Source of the DNA: an uncultured Akkermansia sp.
GTDB lineage: Bacteria > Verrucomicrobiota > Verrucomicrobiia > Verrucomicrobiales > Akkermansiaceae
Assembly: GCA_947628035.1 (NCBI GenBank)
Contig: CANQYL010000002.1
Location: forward strand, 2,642 to 66,641
Reading direction: 5' to 3'
Length of the DNA stretch: 64,000 nucleotides
How positions within the stretch are numbered: the stretch's first letter is position 1; every line of letters starts with the position of its first letter. A program made the position numbers and the translations under genes. This document shows, one piece after another, positions 18,990 through 28,342 of the stretch. The notes beneath the pieces were generated by a model. The model saw nothing but the letters and a program-made list of their open reading frames with translations. It ran no database searches and had not been told where the DNA came from.

Positions 18990-19730
18990 ATGTCTATGCG
19001 CCGTATATGGGTAGTAGTCCTGATGAGTTTCGCTCTCATAGCGTGTTCTCCTCCGCCGCCTAATTACGCAACAACTAAACTCGTGACCGAACGACGTCAC
19101 ACTCTTTACGAGAACCTGCTCAAACTACTTCCCGAGGAGCAACAGACTTCCAAAGCCGCCCGGGATGAGGCCCGATGGCTCGCAGATACAGCCTACAAAG
19201 CGGCGGCCGGAATTTCACGGGTCAATGGCTCCAACTTTCCCGGTTGGTTCGGCAACTCCCTTGTCAATTTGAAACGCCAAGACCGCGGTCTCTGCTGGCA
19301 CTACCAGCACGATATGTACCGTGAACTGCGCCGCCGGCACCTCCAATTTTTCCGCATCGGTTGCTGTGTGCGCGATCAAGGCCACGCCTCTGAACACAAC
19401 TGCGTGTATATTGCTCAGAAAGATGCAGCCTGGCCGCACGTCTGGGTTCTCGATGCCTGGCGTTGGAACGGTCGTCTCCGAACAACCAACGGTGATGAGC
19501 TCGATTTGGACGATTGGTCCGACCTCCCGGATATCGAGCTCTTGCTCTCCCAATTTTATACGGAAGGACACAAATGGCCCATCGAACACTGGTACGTCCT
19601 GCGAGATGTCGATGGCAAGTACTCCTTTTTCTACTCAGAAAAAGCCAGAAAAGGCACCCAAGTGCGTCGCATGTATGAAAACATGCACAAAGGCACCATC
19701 TCCCATCCCGGTTCCCTCACCAACTATTGA
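18990..19730 (+). CDS. Hypothetical lipoprotein
   Basis: MSMRRIWVVVLMSFALIACS lipobox. The upstream part of ORF 18891 runs into the repeat region, so the ATG at 18990 is preferred. Confidence 0.6.
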   Translation: MSMRRIWVVVLMSFALIACSPPPPNYATTKLVTERRHTLYENLLKLLPEEQQTSKAARDEARWLADTAYKAAAGISRVNGSNFPGWFGNSLVNLKRQDRGLCWHYQHDMYRELRRRHLQFFRIGCCVRDQGHASEHNCVYIAQKDAAWPHVWVLDAWRWNGRLRTTNGDELDLDDWSDLPDIELLLSQFYTEGHKWPIEHWYVLRDVDGKYSFFYSEKARKGTQVRRMYENMHKGTISHPGSLTNY

Positions 19731-19934
19731 GTGTTAATCTCAACTGAAACGGACAAGGGAAAGAAGCCGTGTCAGTGGCAAAGACATAAGGAATAAGGGG
19801 CAAGTGAGCATTGGCTCTGTCCGCTGCAGGGGAAAGTTGCTCGCGGGAGAGTTTCGTCTATTTCTGGGCAAATTGAGCAATACCATTTGCTGTTTCTTTT
19901 CCCCCTATCTCGCTAGTTATAGAAACGTATTTTC

Positions 19935-19961
19935 TTGACAAAACGGGGAGCGTGGTATAGT
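19935..19961 (+). promoter_or_regulatory. Promoter of pheS (TTGACA-N15-TGgTATAGT, extended -10)
   Basis: TTGACA at 19935-19940 and TGGTATAGT at 19953-19961. The ATG lies 9 nt downstream. Confidence 0.55.
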
Positions 19962-19970
19962 TTCTCCGCG

Positions 19971-20984
19971 ATGATGAAAGAGGAGATAGCAAACGTGAAG
20001 GCCACGGCGCTGAAGGACATAGCCGGAGCCGACAACATGAAAAGACTTGAGGAGGTGCGCGTGTCCACGTTGGGCAAAAAAGGAACCCTCACCAGGGTTC
20101 AGCAAGGGATGAGGGATGTGCCGGCATCTGAAAAACCGGCTGTGGGAGCCTTGCTGAATGAAGCGCGCAACACCATTTCCGCCGCCTTGGATGAACGGAT
20201 GCGTGAGCTCCAGCGTCGTCTGGATGAACAGAGCGTGGCAGGCATTGACCTCACACTGCCCGCGGCTACGCTTCCCGGCGGTGGACTGCACCCCATATCT
20301 CTCGTTCGCGAGGAAGCGGTGCGCATTCTTCGTCGTATGGGATTCTGCCTGGCGGACGGACCTGAAATTGAGGATGAATGGCACTGCTTTGACGCGCTCA
20401 ACACCCCGGAGGATCATCCCGCTCGTAATGAGAAAGATACCTTTTACTTCGACAGTGGGAAGCTCCTTCGCACACAGACCAGCACCGTGCAAGCCCGCGT
20501 CATGGAGAGCCAGGCGCCTCCCGTGCGCATCATCTGTCCGGGCTCAGCTTTCCGTCGGGATGCCATTGATGCCACTCATCTCTCCGCCTTCAACCAGATT
20601 GAGGGACTTTACGTGGATCGAGAAGTAAGCGTGTGTGACCTGAAAGGCACCTTGGAATACTTTTTGAAGGCGCTCTTCGGCGATGAGACAGCCGTGCGTT
20701 TTCGTCCGCACTTTTTCCCATTCACGGAGCCAAGTTTTGAGATCGACGTGCAGCTGCAGGCCGCGGGTCAAGCTCCGCGATGGATTGAGATAGCGGGCTG
20801 TGGCATGGTGAATCCCGCCGTTTTTGAAAACATCGACAAGAAAACGGGCAAGCAACTCTATACCGGTTGCACAGGCTTCGCCTTCGGCATCGGTCTGGAA
20901 CGGCTTGCCATGATCCGCTGGGGCATCCGCGACATCCGCCTCCTTATTGAAAATGATGTCCGTTTCTTGGCTCAATTCCAATAA
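19971..20984 (+). CDS. pheS: Phenylalanine-tRNA ligase alpha subunit
   Basis: Class II aaRS motifs (FRRDAIDATHLSAFNQIEG, GFAFGIGLERLAM). Confidence 0.95.
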   Translation: MMKEEIANVKATALKDIAGADNMKRLEEVRVSTLGKKGTLTRVQQGMRDVPASEKPAVGALLNEARNTISAALDERMRELQRRLDEQSVAGIDLTLPAATLPGGGLHPISLVREEAVRILRRMGFCLADGPEIEDEWHCFDALNTPEDHPARNEKDTFYFDSGKLLRTQTSTVQARVMESQAPPVRIICPGSAFRRDAIDATHLSAFNQIEGLYVDREVSVCDLKGTLEYFLKALFGDETAVRFRPHFFPFTEPSFEIDVQLQAAGQAPRWIEIAGCGMVNPAVFENIDKKTGKQLYTGCTGFAFGIGLERLAMIRWGIRDIRLLIENDVRFLAQFQ

Positions 20985-21002
20985 TCTTTTCCTTTTCCCC
21001 TT

Positions 21003-23486
21003 ATGAATATCTCGAAAAATTGGCTTGATTCCTACATCGACCTCAGCGACCTCTCTACTCAAGAGATAGCCGATATGCTCACCTTTGCCGGCATTGAGGT
21101 GGAAGGTCTGCAGGAGCGTGGGGTCAACACCGACCTTGTCGTCGTCGCTCAAGTGATGCAGAAAACCCCTGTAGAGGGAAGCGACCATCTGAATGTGTGC
21201 ATGGTTGACGCCGGAGAAGGGAAGTTGCGTCAAATTGTGTGCGGAGCCTCCAACTACAAGGTGGGCGACAAGGTGCCCTGCGCTCTGCCGGGAGCTATTT
21301 TGCCCGGCGGCTGGGAGATCAAGGAGGGAAAAATGATGGGGCAAGCCAGCTGCGGCATGCTCTGTTCTGCCTCCGAGCTAGGTATGCCTGATAAAGAGCA
21401 CGGTCTCTGGATTCTCCCGCAAGACTACGCCATCGGCACACCTGTCCGTCAATTCACACAGACAGACACCCTCTTTGAGCTGGAAATCACGCCGAACCGT
21501 CCGGATCTCCTGAGCCACTGGGGCATGGCCCGTGAGCTGGCCGGCATTAGCGGACGCACTCTCAAACAGGATCCCGCCCCGGAAAACGCGGACACCGTCC
21601 CTGCCGGCGACGGCATCCGCTTATCCGCCCCCGAGGTCTGCCCGCTCTACACAGCCACTCGCATCTGTGGCGTGAAGATTGCGCCTTCTCCGGAGTGGCT
21701 CGCTCAGCGGCTCATTGCGGTCGGTCTACGCCCCATCAACAACGTGGTGGACATCACAAATTACTGCCTCTTTGAGCTGGGGCACCCGCTGCATGCTTTC
21801 GACGCAGCCAAGGTGCAAGGACCGCTCAACATACGCTGCGCTCGCGAGGGCGAGCAATTCACGAGTCTCATGGATGAGACCTACTCCCTTTTGCCGGACG
21901 ACCTCGTCATCTCCGACTCCACGGACAACACCCTCGCTCTTGCGGGCGTCATGGGAGGAAAAGACTCCGGTGTTACAGACGCCACCACGGACATCATCCT
22001 TGAGTCCGCTTGGTTTTTGCCTTCATCTGTGCGCCGCACCAGTCGTCGTCTTGGACTTGGTTCTGATTCTTCGTACCGCTTTGAGCGCGGAGCTTCCGCT
22101 TGGAATGTGCTGCGTGCGGCGGCTCGAGCTGTACAACTCATTCTTGAATGCTGTGGAGGCAGAGCCGAACCCATCGCTGTAGCGGGTCAGGCCCCCTGTC
22201 TCGTCTCTGAACAGAAGGCTGCCAACGCCACCGTGCTGCAACAGGGCTCCCAAGCCAAAGTTTTCTGCGCCCTCCAACACGTCTTCCTCGATTGGAAAGA
22301 ACTCGATGTCATGACTCGCGGCAGTGTACCCCACATGGAGGCCGCACGCATTCTCAAGAATCTCGGGCTCCGAGAGTCTTCCGCCGGGGAATGGGATTGC
22401 CCGCCTTGGCGTCTGGATTTGGTCCGCAGCTGCGACCTCTTGGAGGAGATTGTACGCGTGTACGGCATTTCCAACATCCCTTCCTCGTGCACATCTATCT
22501 ATGTACCGGAGAGTCGTCAGGATCGTGCCCATGATTTCCGCACAGAACTTTCCCGTCGCCTCGCCGGCGCCGGGCTCTGCGAGGTGCAAACCTTCAAGCT
22601 CATCGCCGAGCAAAGCAGTAACCCCTCCGTAGCCGCTTTTCCGTATGCTCTACCCATGAAGCCCCTGCAGGAAGGGGATGTGATCCGTGTCGCTCTTCCT
22701 CTCTCGGAAGACCACTCCATCCTGCGTCCCTCCCTCTCCCCGGGACTTCTGGCGGTTGCCGCCCGTAACCTCAACCAAGGAGCGGAGGTTCTGCGCTTCT
22801 TCGAATGCGGACGCATCTTCCGCAACACGGGCGGAGGCAAGGGCAAGGATATAGAAGCGGAGGTGCTCGGAATCCTCATCGCCGGCAAGCTGGCTCCAGC
22901 CAACTGGGCCCAGCTTAAACAACCTTCCGCCGCGCCAGAGCACCTGCTTGCACTCCTCGAACTCGCGGCTCCCAAAGCTTCGATTTCCCTTTCACCCTGC
23001 AAACAGAATCGTGAAGCCGCCGCACTTGCAGCGGATATCCACATCAACGGACAAAATTGTGGCTTCTTCGCCAAAGTGGCTCCGGCTATCTGCCGCACTT
23101 TGGGAATCCCGACTGATTGCTACTACGCCGAGCTGGATTTACGCAAATTACAACAAATCGCCACCGCTCCCTTCAAGGTAAAGGATCTTCCGCTCTACCC
23201 GGGCTCCGGTCGCGATGCCTCCATTGAAGCTCCGGCGTCTCTGCATCACGCCGACGTTCTCAAAGCCATTGAGAGCGCCAAGCAGAAACTTCTGGTTTCC
23301 TGTCATCTCAAAGAGGTTTTCCGCGATTCAAGCGGACAAAAATTATCCGCCGACCGCAAGGCTATGACCTACAGTTTCCTTTATCGCGATTCGGCAAAGA
23401 CCTTGACGGCGACCGAAGTCGATGCGGCACATTCGTCGGTTCTACAAGCTATCTCCAGAAAGCTTCCTGATACTAAAATGCGCTGA
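21003..23486 (+). CDS. pheT: Phenylalanine-tRNA ligase beta subunit
   Basis: 827-aa ORF with an N-terminal tRNA-binding domain, B3/4 and B5 regions and a C-terminal FDX-ACB-like part, immediately after pheS. Confidence 0.93.
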   Translation: MNISKNWLDSYIDLSDLSTQEIADMLTFAGIEVEGLQERGVNTDLVVVAQVMQKTPVEGSDHLNVCMVDAGEGKLRQIVCGASNYKVGDKVPCALPGAILPGGWEIKEGKMMGQASCGMLCSASELGMPDKEHGLWILPQDYAIGTPVRQFTQTDTLFELEITPNRPDLLSHWGMARELAGISGRTLKQDPAPENADTVPAGDGIRLSAPEVCPLYTATRICGVKIAPSPEWLAQRLIAVGLRPINNVVDITNYCLFELGHPLHAFDAAKVQGPLNIRCAREGEQFTSLMDETYSLLPDDLVISDSTDNTLALAGVMGGKDSGVTDATTDIILESAWFLPSSVRRTSRRLGLGSDSSYRFERGASAWNVLRAAARAVQLILECCGGRAEPIAVAGQAPCLVSEQKAANATVLQQGSQAKVFCALQHVFLDWKELDVMTRGSVPHMEAARILKNLGLRESSAGEWDCPPWRLDLVRSCDLLEEIVRVYGISNIPSSCTSIYVPESRQDRAHDFRTELSRRLAGAGLCEVQTFKLIAEQSSNPSVAAFPYALPMKPLQEGDVIRVALPLSEDHSILRPSLSPGLLAVAARNLNQGAEVLRFFECGRIFRNTGGGKGKDIEAEVLGILIAGKLAPANWAQLKQPSAAPEHLLALLELAAPKASISLSPCKQNREAAALAADIHINGQNCGFFAKVAPAICRTLGIPTDCYYAELDLRKLQQIATAPFKVKDLPLYPGSGRDASIEAPASLHHADVLKAIESAKQKLLVSCHLKEVFRDSSGQKLSADRKAMTYSFLYRDSAKTLTATEVDAAHSSVLQAISRKLPDTKMR

Positions 23487-23767
23487 TATACAGGAGAGGA
23501 AGGCAGCAGAAAAACTCCGACGACTCAGGGCATTTGCTCGGAGATAACGACATACTTTCGACGGGGAGAGGTAGAGTCCAACCTCTGAGAACGACCGGAG
23601 CGGTTAGCTGGAAGGCGAGGTATTTCTTGGATAGAATAAGGAGTCGGTGAGAGGGATCCGAAGCAGTCGACGTGCGATGGCACTAGGCAAAAAAAGTATA
23701 AGCATTTTTGACCCACTGTGACCAATCGACGAAAATTGCGTTGAGGGGTCAAGCTAACGACCTCGTC

Positions 23768-24133
23768 TTACCCGCGCCGAGAGAGAGCAAAATCGACGAA
23801 GCTGTCCTGCCCCGACGCTGCCGAAGCTTCCAGATCTTTTACAATCTCATGCAAATTCTTCTGCTTTGTCGCCTCGAACTGCATATACGAATCAAAATGG
23901 TAGAGCGCCAGCTTCATTACAGTTGTGCAATCTATCATTCTCTCGTCCATGATCCGCTCGATCACCTTCTTCATTTTGTCTGTTGCCCTAAAGCATATCA
24001 CTTTTGACATTGTATGTATGTGCTTGTTTTTATTTCTTTTGATGTAGAGGAGTCTTTCCTTCGGTAGAATGCGAATTTTCCCCGTAGTCACGGGTTCCTG
24101 ACCATTCTTTCGACTTTCCTCATGATGCATCAT
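23768..24133 (-). CDS. Small hypothetical protein, possibly a ribbon-helix-helix DNA-binding or excisionase-like partner of the integrase
   Basis: SKVICFRATDKMKKVIERIMDE has a beta-strand plus helix pattern. The gene is low in GC and divergent from the integrase. An alternative start at 24010 would give 81 aa. Confidence 0.4.
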   Translation of the reverse strand: MMHHEESRKNGQEPVTTGKIRILPKERLLYIKRNKNKHIHTMSKVICFRATDKMKKVIERIMDERMIDCTTVMKLALYHFDSYMQFEATKQKNLHEIVKDLEASAASGQDSFVDFALSRRG

Positions 24134-24157
24134 GAAGAAATCTACACCGGTTAGATT

Positions 24158-24176
24158 AACGGTTTGCTAATCCGTT
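24158..24176. promoter_or_regulatory. Palindromic operator-like site AACGG-N9-CCGTT
   Basis: AACGGTTTGCTAATCCGTT in the AT-rich divergent intergenic region. A related site lies at 24324-24341. Confidence 0.35.
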
Positions 24177-24317
24177 ATACATTTATATTTATTGATATTA
24201 CTACACTTATGAATTACGTTCTCTCATTTCTCTTCTTTCTCGTTCTGACTGTCTATCATCCCCATTCATTGACTATAAGTTTTCTCGTGATTTTTGTTGA
24301 ATTGTGATTTTCTTTTC

Positions 24318-24346
24318 TTGACTACGGCTTAGCAATCCGTTTTATT
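24318..24346 (+). promoter_or_regulatory. Putative integrase promoter (TTGACT-N17-TTTATT) with an ACGG-N9-CCGT palindrome filling the spacer
   Basis: TTGACT at 24318-24323, and ACGGCTTAGCAATCCGT at 24324-24340. Confidence 0.35.
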
Positions 24347-24367
24347 ATTAAAGTTTTCCTACAAATA

Positions 24368-25411
24368 ATGTCGCACAACAAATATCAGAAAAACGAAGAT
24401 TGGTTCCTCCGTTATCACCTGACGAAGAGGGATGCCGAACGCTTGGGCAGAGAACTGCTGGAGAGATTTGCGGAGGAAAAAGAAGGACTCAGCTTGCTCA
24501 ATGCCTGCCGGGAAGCCATAGCTCTTGGTTATGAGGCGTACAAGAGGATGCGAGAAAGCGTCACCTTCGAGGAAGCGGTTCGAGTCTCACTCAAGGAACG
24601 TGCTGACAGACGAAAACGGACCACCCAGGAATTGCGCGGCATCTGCAAACGCCTCATGAGTGGTGCAAACCCTCTGCGTTCTCAAACCCTACGTGAGTTG
24701 GATGCAGACACCTGCCGAACAGCCCTCGCCGAACGTTTCCGTACACCTCGCCAATTCACCAAGGCTCGACGAGTGCTGCATTCTATCTTCTCTTGCGGGA
24801 TGCGTCACGGTTGGTGCAGCGTCAACCCCGTCCAAGCTATACAGACACCCACCTTGCAAGAAGCTCGTATCAACGCCGTGCCTTGGGACGACCTCGTCTG
24901 TCTTTTGCGCACCTCCACTCAGTCGAAGCACCGCGCGTGTATGCCCGCCCTTGGACTTATGCTCTGGGCCGGTATCCGTCCCGCTGAACTGACCCGACTT
25001 TCCTGGCAGGATATTGACTGGGAAGAGAACATCATCTCTCTGAAAGCTCAGCACAGCAAGACCGGCGGTAGCCGTCATATCAGTCTCTATCCACCACTAC
25101 GTTCATGGCTTCTCACCTTCCGCTCTACTCCCCACACTCATGGAGCAATCTGTCCGCCCAACTGGCAGCGCCGTTGGAAAGCCCTGCGCCGCGCTGCCGG
25201 TTTTCATCACTGGCAGCAGGACATTCTGCGTCACACCTTCGCCAGCTATCACCTGAAACATCAACACGATCTCGCGCGCTTGCAAGAAGAAATGGGACAC
25301 CGTTCCCTGCGCCTCTTACGCACCCGCTACTTGAGTATGCAGGGCGTTACCTCTCAACATGCCGCGCTCTTCTGGTCACCAGACCTCCCCTTCCTCACCG
25401 ACAAGCGGTAA
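24368..25411 (+). CDS. Tyrosine-type site-specific recombinase / integrase
   Basis: Catalytic pattern R (WAGIRPAEL), K (SKTGGSRHI), HxxR (ILRHTFAS), H (MGHRS) and Y (TRYL). Confidence 0.88.
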   Translation: MSHNKYQKNEDWFLRYHLTKRDAERLGRELLERFAEEKEGLSLLNACREAIALGYEAYKRMRESVTFEEAVRVSLKERADRRKRTTQELRGICKRLMSGANPLRSQTLRELDADTCRTALAERFRTPRQFTKARRVLHSIFSCGMRHGWCSVNPVQAIQTPTLQEARINAVPWDDLVCLLRTSTQSKHRACMPALGLMLWAGIRPAELTRLSWQDIDWEENIISLKAQHSKTGGSRHISLYPPLRSWLLTFRSTPHTHGAICPPNWQRRWKALRRAAGFHHWQQDILRHTFASYHLKHQHDLARLQEEMGHRSLRLLRTRYLSMQGVTSQHAALFWSPDLPFLTDKR

Positions 25412-25585
25412 CGTCTCTGCAGACAGACACTCCGCCATCACTTCATCGAATTCCCTGCGCTTTACTCTCCAAACGGAGCCGTCCTTGAGACCGCCCCCAC
25501 GCCCGCGGCACCGGTGTCCACAGCAAACCCGATGGTGGTTGATTCTTTGTTACCTTCAACCGTACTCCGACGGCAACCTGATGTC

Positions 25586-26602
25586 CTAAAGTCTTATTGC
25601 TGCCGAACTCCATGTGAGTCCTGCGCCAAAAGTAACCATGAGCACGATGTCGCCTTTTTTCGCGCGACCGCCGCGTATCGCTTCATCCAGCGCGATCGCA
25701 CAAGCCGCCCCGGATGTGTTGCCGTACTTTTGCAGATTCACAAACACGCGCTCGGGAGGGATGCCCAGACGCTGCGTAACAGCAGTGATGATGCGCAAAT
25801 TTGCCTGATGCGGAATGACAAGATCAATGTCCTCCGGCTTAATCCCGGTGCGCTTGATCAAGGAAAGAGCCGAATCCTTCATGTGCGCCACAGCGTGTCG
25901 GAATACCTCATTCCCACGCATCGCCAGTGTATACAATTTCTCATGAATATTTTCCTCCGTCGTCGGTATGGCCGACCCTCCCCCGGGCACAAGCAACAAA
26001 TCCGTCAGTGTCCCGTCCGACCCGATATCTGATGCCAACACGGCGCTGTCGCCCTCCTCTCCGCTGCCGGTTCGCAGCACTGCTGCCCCTGCTCCATCGC
26101 CAAAGAGTACGCACGTGGAGCGATCTTCCCAGTTCACAATGTGACTCAACTTCTCGGATGAGATGATGAGCGCCGTCTTAGCCTGTCCGCAGCCGATATA
26201 CTGCACCGCCGTCTTGAGTGCAAAAAGGAAACTGGAACACGCGGCGGAAATGTCAAATGCCGCCGCGTTCACTGCCCCCAAATTGGCCTGCACGTAGCAT
26301 GCCGTGGCCGGTGTAAAGGTATCCGGCGTGACAGTTCCCACGATGATGAGATCAATTTCTTCCGGCTTCACTCCCGCCGCCTCCAGAGCCCTGCGAGCCG
26401 CGTTGGTTGCCATATCGCTCGTCTTTTCATTCGGAGCTGCTATGCGGCGCTCACGTATACCCGTTCGCTCCACGATCCACTCGTTGGACGTATCCACCAT
26501 CTTTTCCAGATCGGAATTGGTGAGGCGATGCGCTGGAACATACGACCCCGTCCCTATCAAGGCCACCGGGAGTCTCTTAAATGGTTTCGTCAAATCATTC
26601 AT
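25586..26602 (-). CDS. fabH: 3-oxoacyl-ACP synthase III
   Basis: Active-site AACSSF and the HQANLRI and GNTSGA motifs. Confidence 0.95.
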   Translation of the reverse strand: MNDLTKPFKRLPVALIGTGSYVPAHRLTNSDLEKMVDTSNEWIVERTGIRERRIAAPNEKTSDMATNAARRALEAAGVKPEEIDLIIVGTVTPDTFTPATACYVQANLGAVNAAAFDISAACSSFLFALKTAVQYIGCGQAKTALIISSEKLSHIVNWEDRSTCVLFGDGAGAAVLRTGSGEEGDSAVLASDIGSDGTLTDLLLVPGGGSAIPTTEENIHEKLYTLAMRGNEVFRHAVAHMKDSALSLIKRTGIKPEDIDLVIPHQANLRIITAVTQRLGIPPERVFVNLQKYGNTSGAACAIALDEAIRGGRAKKGDIVLMVTFGAGLTWSSAAIRL

Positions 26603-26714
26603 AGTTCGCTTCTTCTATCTGGCGGACCTCGAGTGGAGCTCTTCTCCTCTCTCCCTCCCGCTCTGTCATTCTACCACGTCCTCCCCTTCCTGACAAGTCC
26701 AGATGCTTCCTCCC

Positions 26715-26952
26715 CAGGGCAAACGCATTAGAGAGAGGTGCATCGAGAGAGAATGCTCTCATTGATTGATATCATTGTTGATGCATATCAAAAATCATGA
26801 CAACAAGCGGTCATCATAATGACGACTTTGAAGCCCCCTCCCACGTACGTCGATGATTCAAAAATTTGCGCAACGAGCACATTATCAACAAATCGTAATT
26901 CGTAATTCGTAAATCGTAGATGGCAATCGCCTTTTCTAATGCGGTTGCCCTG
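26715..26952 (+). repeat. MITE-like element, copy 3 (subfamily A)
   Basis: CAGGGCAAACGCATTAGAGAGA on the left and hairpin GGCAATCGC...GCGGTTGCCCTG on the right. Colinear with copy 1. Confidence 0.85.
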
Positions 26953-26970
26953 TACCACCTGCTTTTTTAC

Positions 26971-26999
26971 TTGACAGTAAGTATGAAGAGGAGTATGAA
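26971..26999 (+). promoter_or_regulatory. Sigma70-type promoter of ndk (TTGACA-N17-TATGAA)
   Basis: TTGACA at 26971-26976, 19 nt after the end of MITE copy 3. Confidence 0.5.
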
Positions 27000-27028
27000 T
27001 AGCCCCGTTAGACCCCAGCGGAACATTT

Positions 27029-27466
27029 ATGACACAAGAAGAACGGACATTGATATTGTTTAAGCCGGACTGTGTACGTAGGAACCTCTCCGGAGAGATA
27101 CTGCAAAGACTCCTTGGCGAGGGATTTGTACTGCGAGGTATCAAGATGATGCAGTTGAACGAAAAGATTTTGCGCGAGCATTATGCTCACATCATTGATC
27201 TCGTCATCGACGACGAACCGCTCTTCCCAAAACTCTCCGCATTCATGCAGAGCAGCCCCGTCATTGCAATCATATTGGAAGGACCGGGAGTGGTCACACG
27301 GGTGCGAAATATCCTCGGACCTACTAATTCTCAGAAAGCGCCCACGGGAACAATCCGCGGTGATTTCGGCACCAACAGTATGCTCAATGTGTGCCACGCC
27401 TCAGACTCCCCGGAAAACGCCCTCATTGAAATCGACCGGTTCTTCGGCAAAGAAGAGCAATTCTGA
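27029..27466 (+). CDS. ndk: Nucleoside-diphosphate kinase
   Basis: ERTLILFKPD, GPTNSQKAPTGTIRGDFG and NVCHASDS (active-site His). Confidence 0.95.
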   Translation: MTQEERTLILFKPDCVRRNLSGEILQRLLGEGFVLRGIKMMQLNEKILREHYAHIIDLVIDDEPLFPKLSAFMQSSPVIAIILEGPGVVTRVRNILGPTNSQKAPTGTIRGDFGTNSMLNVCHASDSPENALIEIDRFFGKEEQF

Positions 27467-27496
27467 TCCCTTGTCGGGAGAGTCCGGAGGACTTCC

Positions 27497-28291
27497 TCAG
27501 AGAGAGATACCAAGCTGCTCGGGCAAGGCTGTGCGTGGACGCGCGGTGAGAATCTCTCCCCCGTGGGGTCCCACTGCGACAGTGTGCTCAAAGTGCGCCG
27601 CCCATGATCCATCCGCCGTCACTGCCGTCCATTCATCCGGCAGAACCTTCACCCGGTACGTTCCTAGGGTGATCATCGGTTCAATAGCTAAAATCATTCC
27701 ACGCTTCAAATGAGGCAATCTGTGATGAGGACGATAATTGGGGACGGAAGGTTCCTCATGTAATTTGCGCCCAACGCCGTGTCCCACATAATCACGGACG
27801 ATACCAAAGCCGAAGGGCTTCACGTAGTCCTCAACGGCTCCACAGACATCCGCCAAATTGTTTCCCTGTTTTGCCTGTTCAACGCCTCGGTAGAGAGCCT
27901 CTTCCGTCACGGCCAAAAGTCGGCGAACGTCCTCTCTCACATTTCCGACAGGCACAGTCAAAGCGTTGTCGCCATACCATCCATCCACCACGGCGCCGAC
28001 ATCAAGACTCACAATGTCGCCATCACGCACAACGCGCGAGTCACCTATTCCATGCACCACCACCTCATTCACAGAGACGCAAAGATGACCGGGGTAACCG
28101 CCGTAGCCGAGGAAAGCGTTGCCGCATTTCTCCCGATCAAAGACCTCAGCCGCAAAGGCATCGATCTGCGCGGTTGTGACGCCCGGTTTCACAAAGCTCG
28201 CTACCTCCAGCAAGATGCGAGCCGACACCTCCCCTGCCTTCTTCAGTTTGGCTATCTCGCCGGGATTGCGCGTAGGTATGTGGTCACTCAT
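27497..28291 (-). CDS. map: Type I methionine aminopeptidase
   Basis: Metal ligand pattern VVHG, DIVSLDVG, GHGVG, LAIEPM and EHTV. Confidence 0.95.
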   Translation of the reverse strand: MSDHIPTRNPGEIAKLKKAGEVSARILLEVASFVKPGVTTAQIDAFAAEVFDREKCGNAFLGYGGYPGHLCVSVNEVVVHGIGDSRVVRDGDIVSLDVGAVVDGWYGDNALTVPVGNVREDVRRLLAVTEEALYRGVEQAKQGNNLADVCGAVEDYVKPFGFGIVRDYVGHGVGRKLHEEPSVPNYRPHHRLPHLKRGMILAIEPMITLGTYRVKVLPDEWTAVTADGSWAAHFEHTVAVGPHGGEILTARPRTALPEQLGISL

Positions 28292-28342
28292 GGCTCTTTT
28301 TATGCCATTTTTTAAGCCCTTACTGCAAAGTTTCGGCTCCTC

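Noticed and set aside
23521-23760. The pheT-downstream non-coding stretch next to the integrase islet as a possible tmRNA, RNase P or other structured-RNA integration target.
   Set aside because: I could not find tRNA-like ends (no GGTTCGAATCC-type T-arm or acceptor pairing) or the conserved RNase P, SRP or tmRNA boxes. It contains a degenerate GGAGTCG...GATCCGAAGCAG piece of the mosaic repeat instead.
24368-25411. Assigning this integrase as the recombinase that flips the MmeI-like segment.
   Set aside because: It lies 17 kb away, and I found no copy of the 21-bp inverted repeat or its core near it. The link would be pure speculation, so it is kept only as a hypothesis to test.
26715-26952. 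MITE terminal inverted repeats as boundaries of invertible promoters (invertons).
   Set aside because: No convincing outward or inward promoter is visible inside the element. Copies occur in 3' UTR-like positions as well, and the family behaves like a dispersed repeat. This cannot be fully excluded without read-level orientation analysis.
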